DNA from: Macrostomum lignano
Lineage: Eukaryota
Reading direction: 5' to 3'
DNA length: 64,000 nt
NCBI GenBank assembly: GCA_002269645.1
Contig: NIVC01000176.1
Coordinates: forward strand, 1 to 64,000
Shown piece after piece: positions 62,591-64,000 of the stretch (positions are counted from its first letter, which is position 1; each line of letters begins with the position of its first letter). The translations under genes and the position numbers were made by a program. Under the pieces are notes generated by a model. The model searched no databases and was not told the DNA's origin. It saw only the letters and a list, made by a program, of their open reading frames with translations.

Positions 62591-63381
62591 ATCTATCTGT
62601 CTATCTACCCTTTTACTTCTGCGAGGCAGAACGCAGAACGTTGCCTCTGCGGCTTCTCGGGAGCTCGCATTGCAGGCAGTGTAGGGTTTTCACACCCGAT
62701 TCCCTGACAGAGAGGACTTTACAGACAGGACACAGTGATCTGTCCTCGCTGTTATACTGCGAAGTTGGTAGAGCACCGCAACTTTTCTCTCGCGTGAATC
62801 ACGCTCCCTGCAGTGGCTCTGCTCTTCTGTAGCAGCCATAAAACCTTTGAAGGCGAACTCCCGAGGTGCTTCGCAACCTGTTCGAAGAGTGCAATCTGCT
62901 TCCAGCATTCCGACTTCTCGCAATCTTTCCGCGTCTGTCGTCTGTTGAAGCAGTTCTCTCTGCTGAATCACGCCTGTCTGAATACTTCGTTGACATGCGA
63001 TGCCTCTCTATCCGGCCCTCCGGTCCTTTGAGACTTCTCTTCTCTCTCATCTCATCTCACATTTCCTCTCTCCTCTTCTCTCCTCTCCTCTCTCCTATCT
63101 TCTCTTCTCGACCCCATAGTTTACCATGTTACTGTTTAAAATGTTGCCCAGTGTCATCTGATATTGATAATAGATGGAACTAATTCATTCCTACTGAAAT
63201 CTAATGATTAATTTTTACCCTATCTACCATAGACTACTGTGTAATATTTCTTCACACGCAGCGTTACAATATCAAGCAATGTAATTCAAGTCTATATTTC
63301 AAAAACTCATATTTGCGCATCGGCCCGTTCCATCCATCGAATAAGACCGATGCCAGACACCCGAACTCGCCCGGCGCAATC

Positions 63382-63687
63382 ATGATCTCCAGAACTCTGC
63401 TAATGCTATCTTGCGGCTTCGGCCTCCTCATCGGTGGCGGCTTCATAGCGGGCGGCATCTACGGCACCAGCAATCCCGACCTGGTCTCCGACCTGTCCAA
63501 GAAGATCGACCTGAGCGCCGTGCCGCAGGTTGAAAAGATTAAAAACGACGTTGTGACGAAATTGAATGAGTCCGGCATTCTCGCGGTGATCTGGAACACC
63601 TTTCTAATCACTGGCGCCATCGTTGTTTGCATCTGCGGTCTGGGCTTTTTGGCCGCGCTGACAGCTATGAAAATTCTTCTGGTTTTA
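63382..63687 (+). CDS. Tetraspanin-like protein, N-terminal exon (TM1, small loop, TM2, start of TM3)
   Basis: LLMLSCGFGLLIGGGFIAGGIY, then FLITGAIVVCICGLGFLAALTAMKILLVL; donor TTA|GTGAGT at 63688. The start could instead be 63313. Confidence 0.72.
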
Positions 63688-63879
63688 GTGAGTCTCAGTG
63701 GCAAGTGTTAGGGGATTTTGCGAGTGTTAAGTTTACCGTTATCTTGTTTACGGACAAGACTACTACAGACCTACTATACGATGGTATTGGGACGCAACTG
63801 AAGTGGCTGCAATTTATTATTCAAAACGAATGTGTTCCAAAACTTTTCAGGATCTGTGAACTATAAAGGCACTTCTACC

Positions 63880-64000
63880 CAACTCTACAGGGACTTCTAA
63901 TCCAACCCTGCAGGGACTTCTCATCCAACCCTGCAGGGACTTCTCATCCAACCCTGCAGGGACTTCTAATCCAACTCTACAGGGACTTCTCATCCATCTC
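63880..64000. repeat. 23-bp intronic minisatellite, runs off the window
   Basis: Unit cagggacttctcatccaaccctg. Confidence 0.85.

Noticed and set aside
62630-63035. Minus-strand QVAKHLGSSPSKVLWLLQK...AGSV, resembling a Tc1 helix-turn-helix
   Set aside because: Short, interrupted by stops, with no TIRs or DDE region; too weak to call.

Overview
Eukaryotic genomic DNA from an invertebrate. Minisatellite-filled introns, poly-Gln/poly-Ala-rich GC-rich exons and a Venus kinase receptor suggest a free-living flatworm such as Macrostomum; this is an inference, not shown by the sequence. Bases 1 to about 15,800 are an AT-rich endogenous Polinton/Maverick (adintovirus-like) dsDNA virus with its left end outside the window. 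It encodes a parvovirus-type PLA2 domain in frame with an rve integrase, two small putative core proteins (adenovirus pVI-like and pX/mu-like peptides), major capsid, A32-like ATPase, minor capsid, adenain protease, a discoidin-tipped fibre, a membrane-hairpin protein and a 1274-aa protein-primed PolB, plus regulatory repeat arrays. Nearly all its frameshifts are repaired by single-base homopolymer corrections, so it may be intact. The rest is host DNA: bleomycin hydrolase exon 1, a LINE 3' fragment, and spliced KCTD7/14-like, IK/RED, TAK1/MAP3K7 and Venus kinase receptor genes on the minus strand. A 2.9-kb foldback-type element carrying only a BEN-domain gene sits in a GC-AG intron of the receptor. 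A hAT transposase relic, a secreted fibrinogen-domain gene and a tetraspanin exon follow. Almost every intron is filled by its own tandem repeat. All protein calls come from motif recognition by eye; no database search was run.
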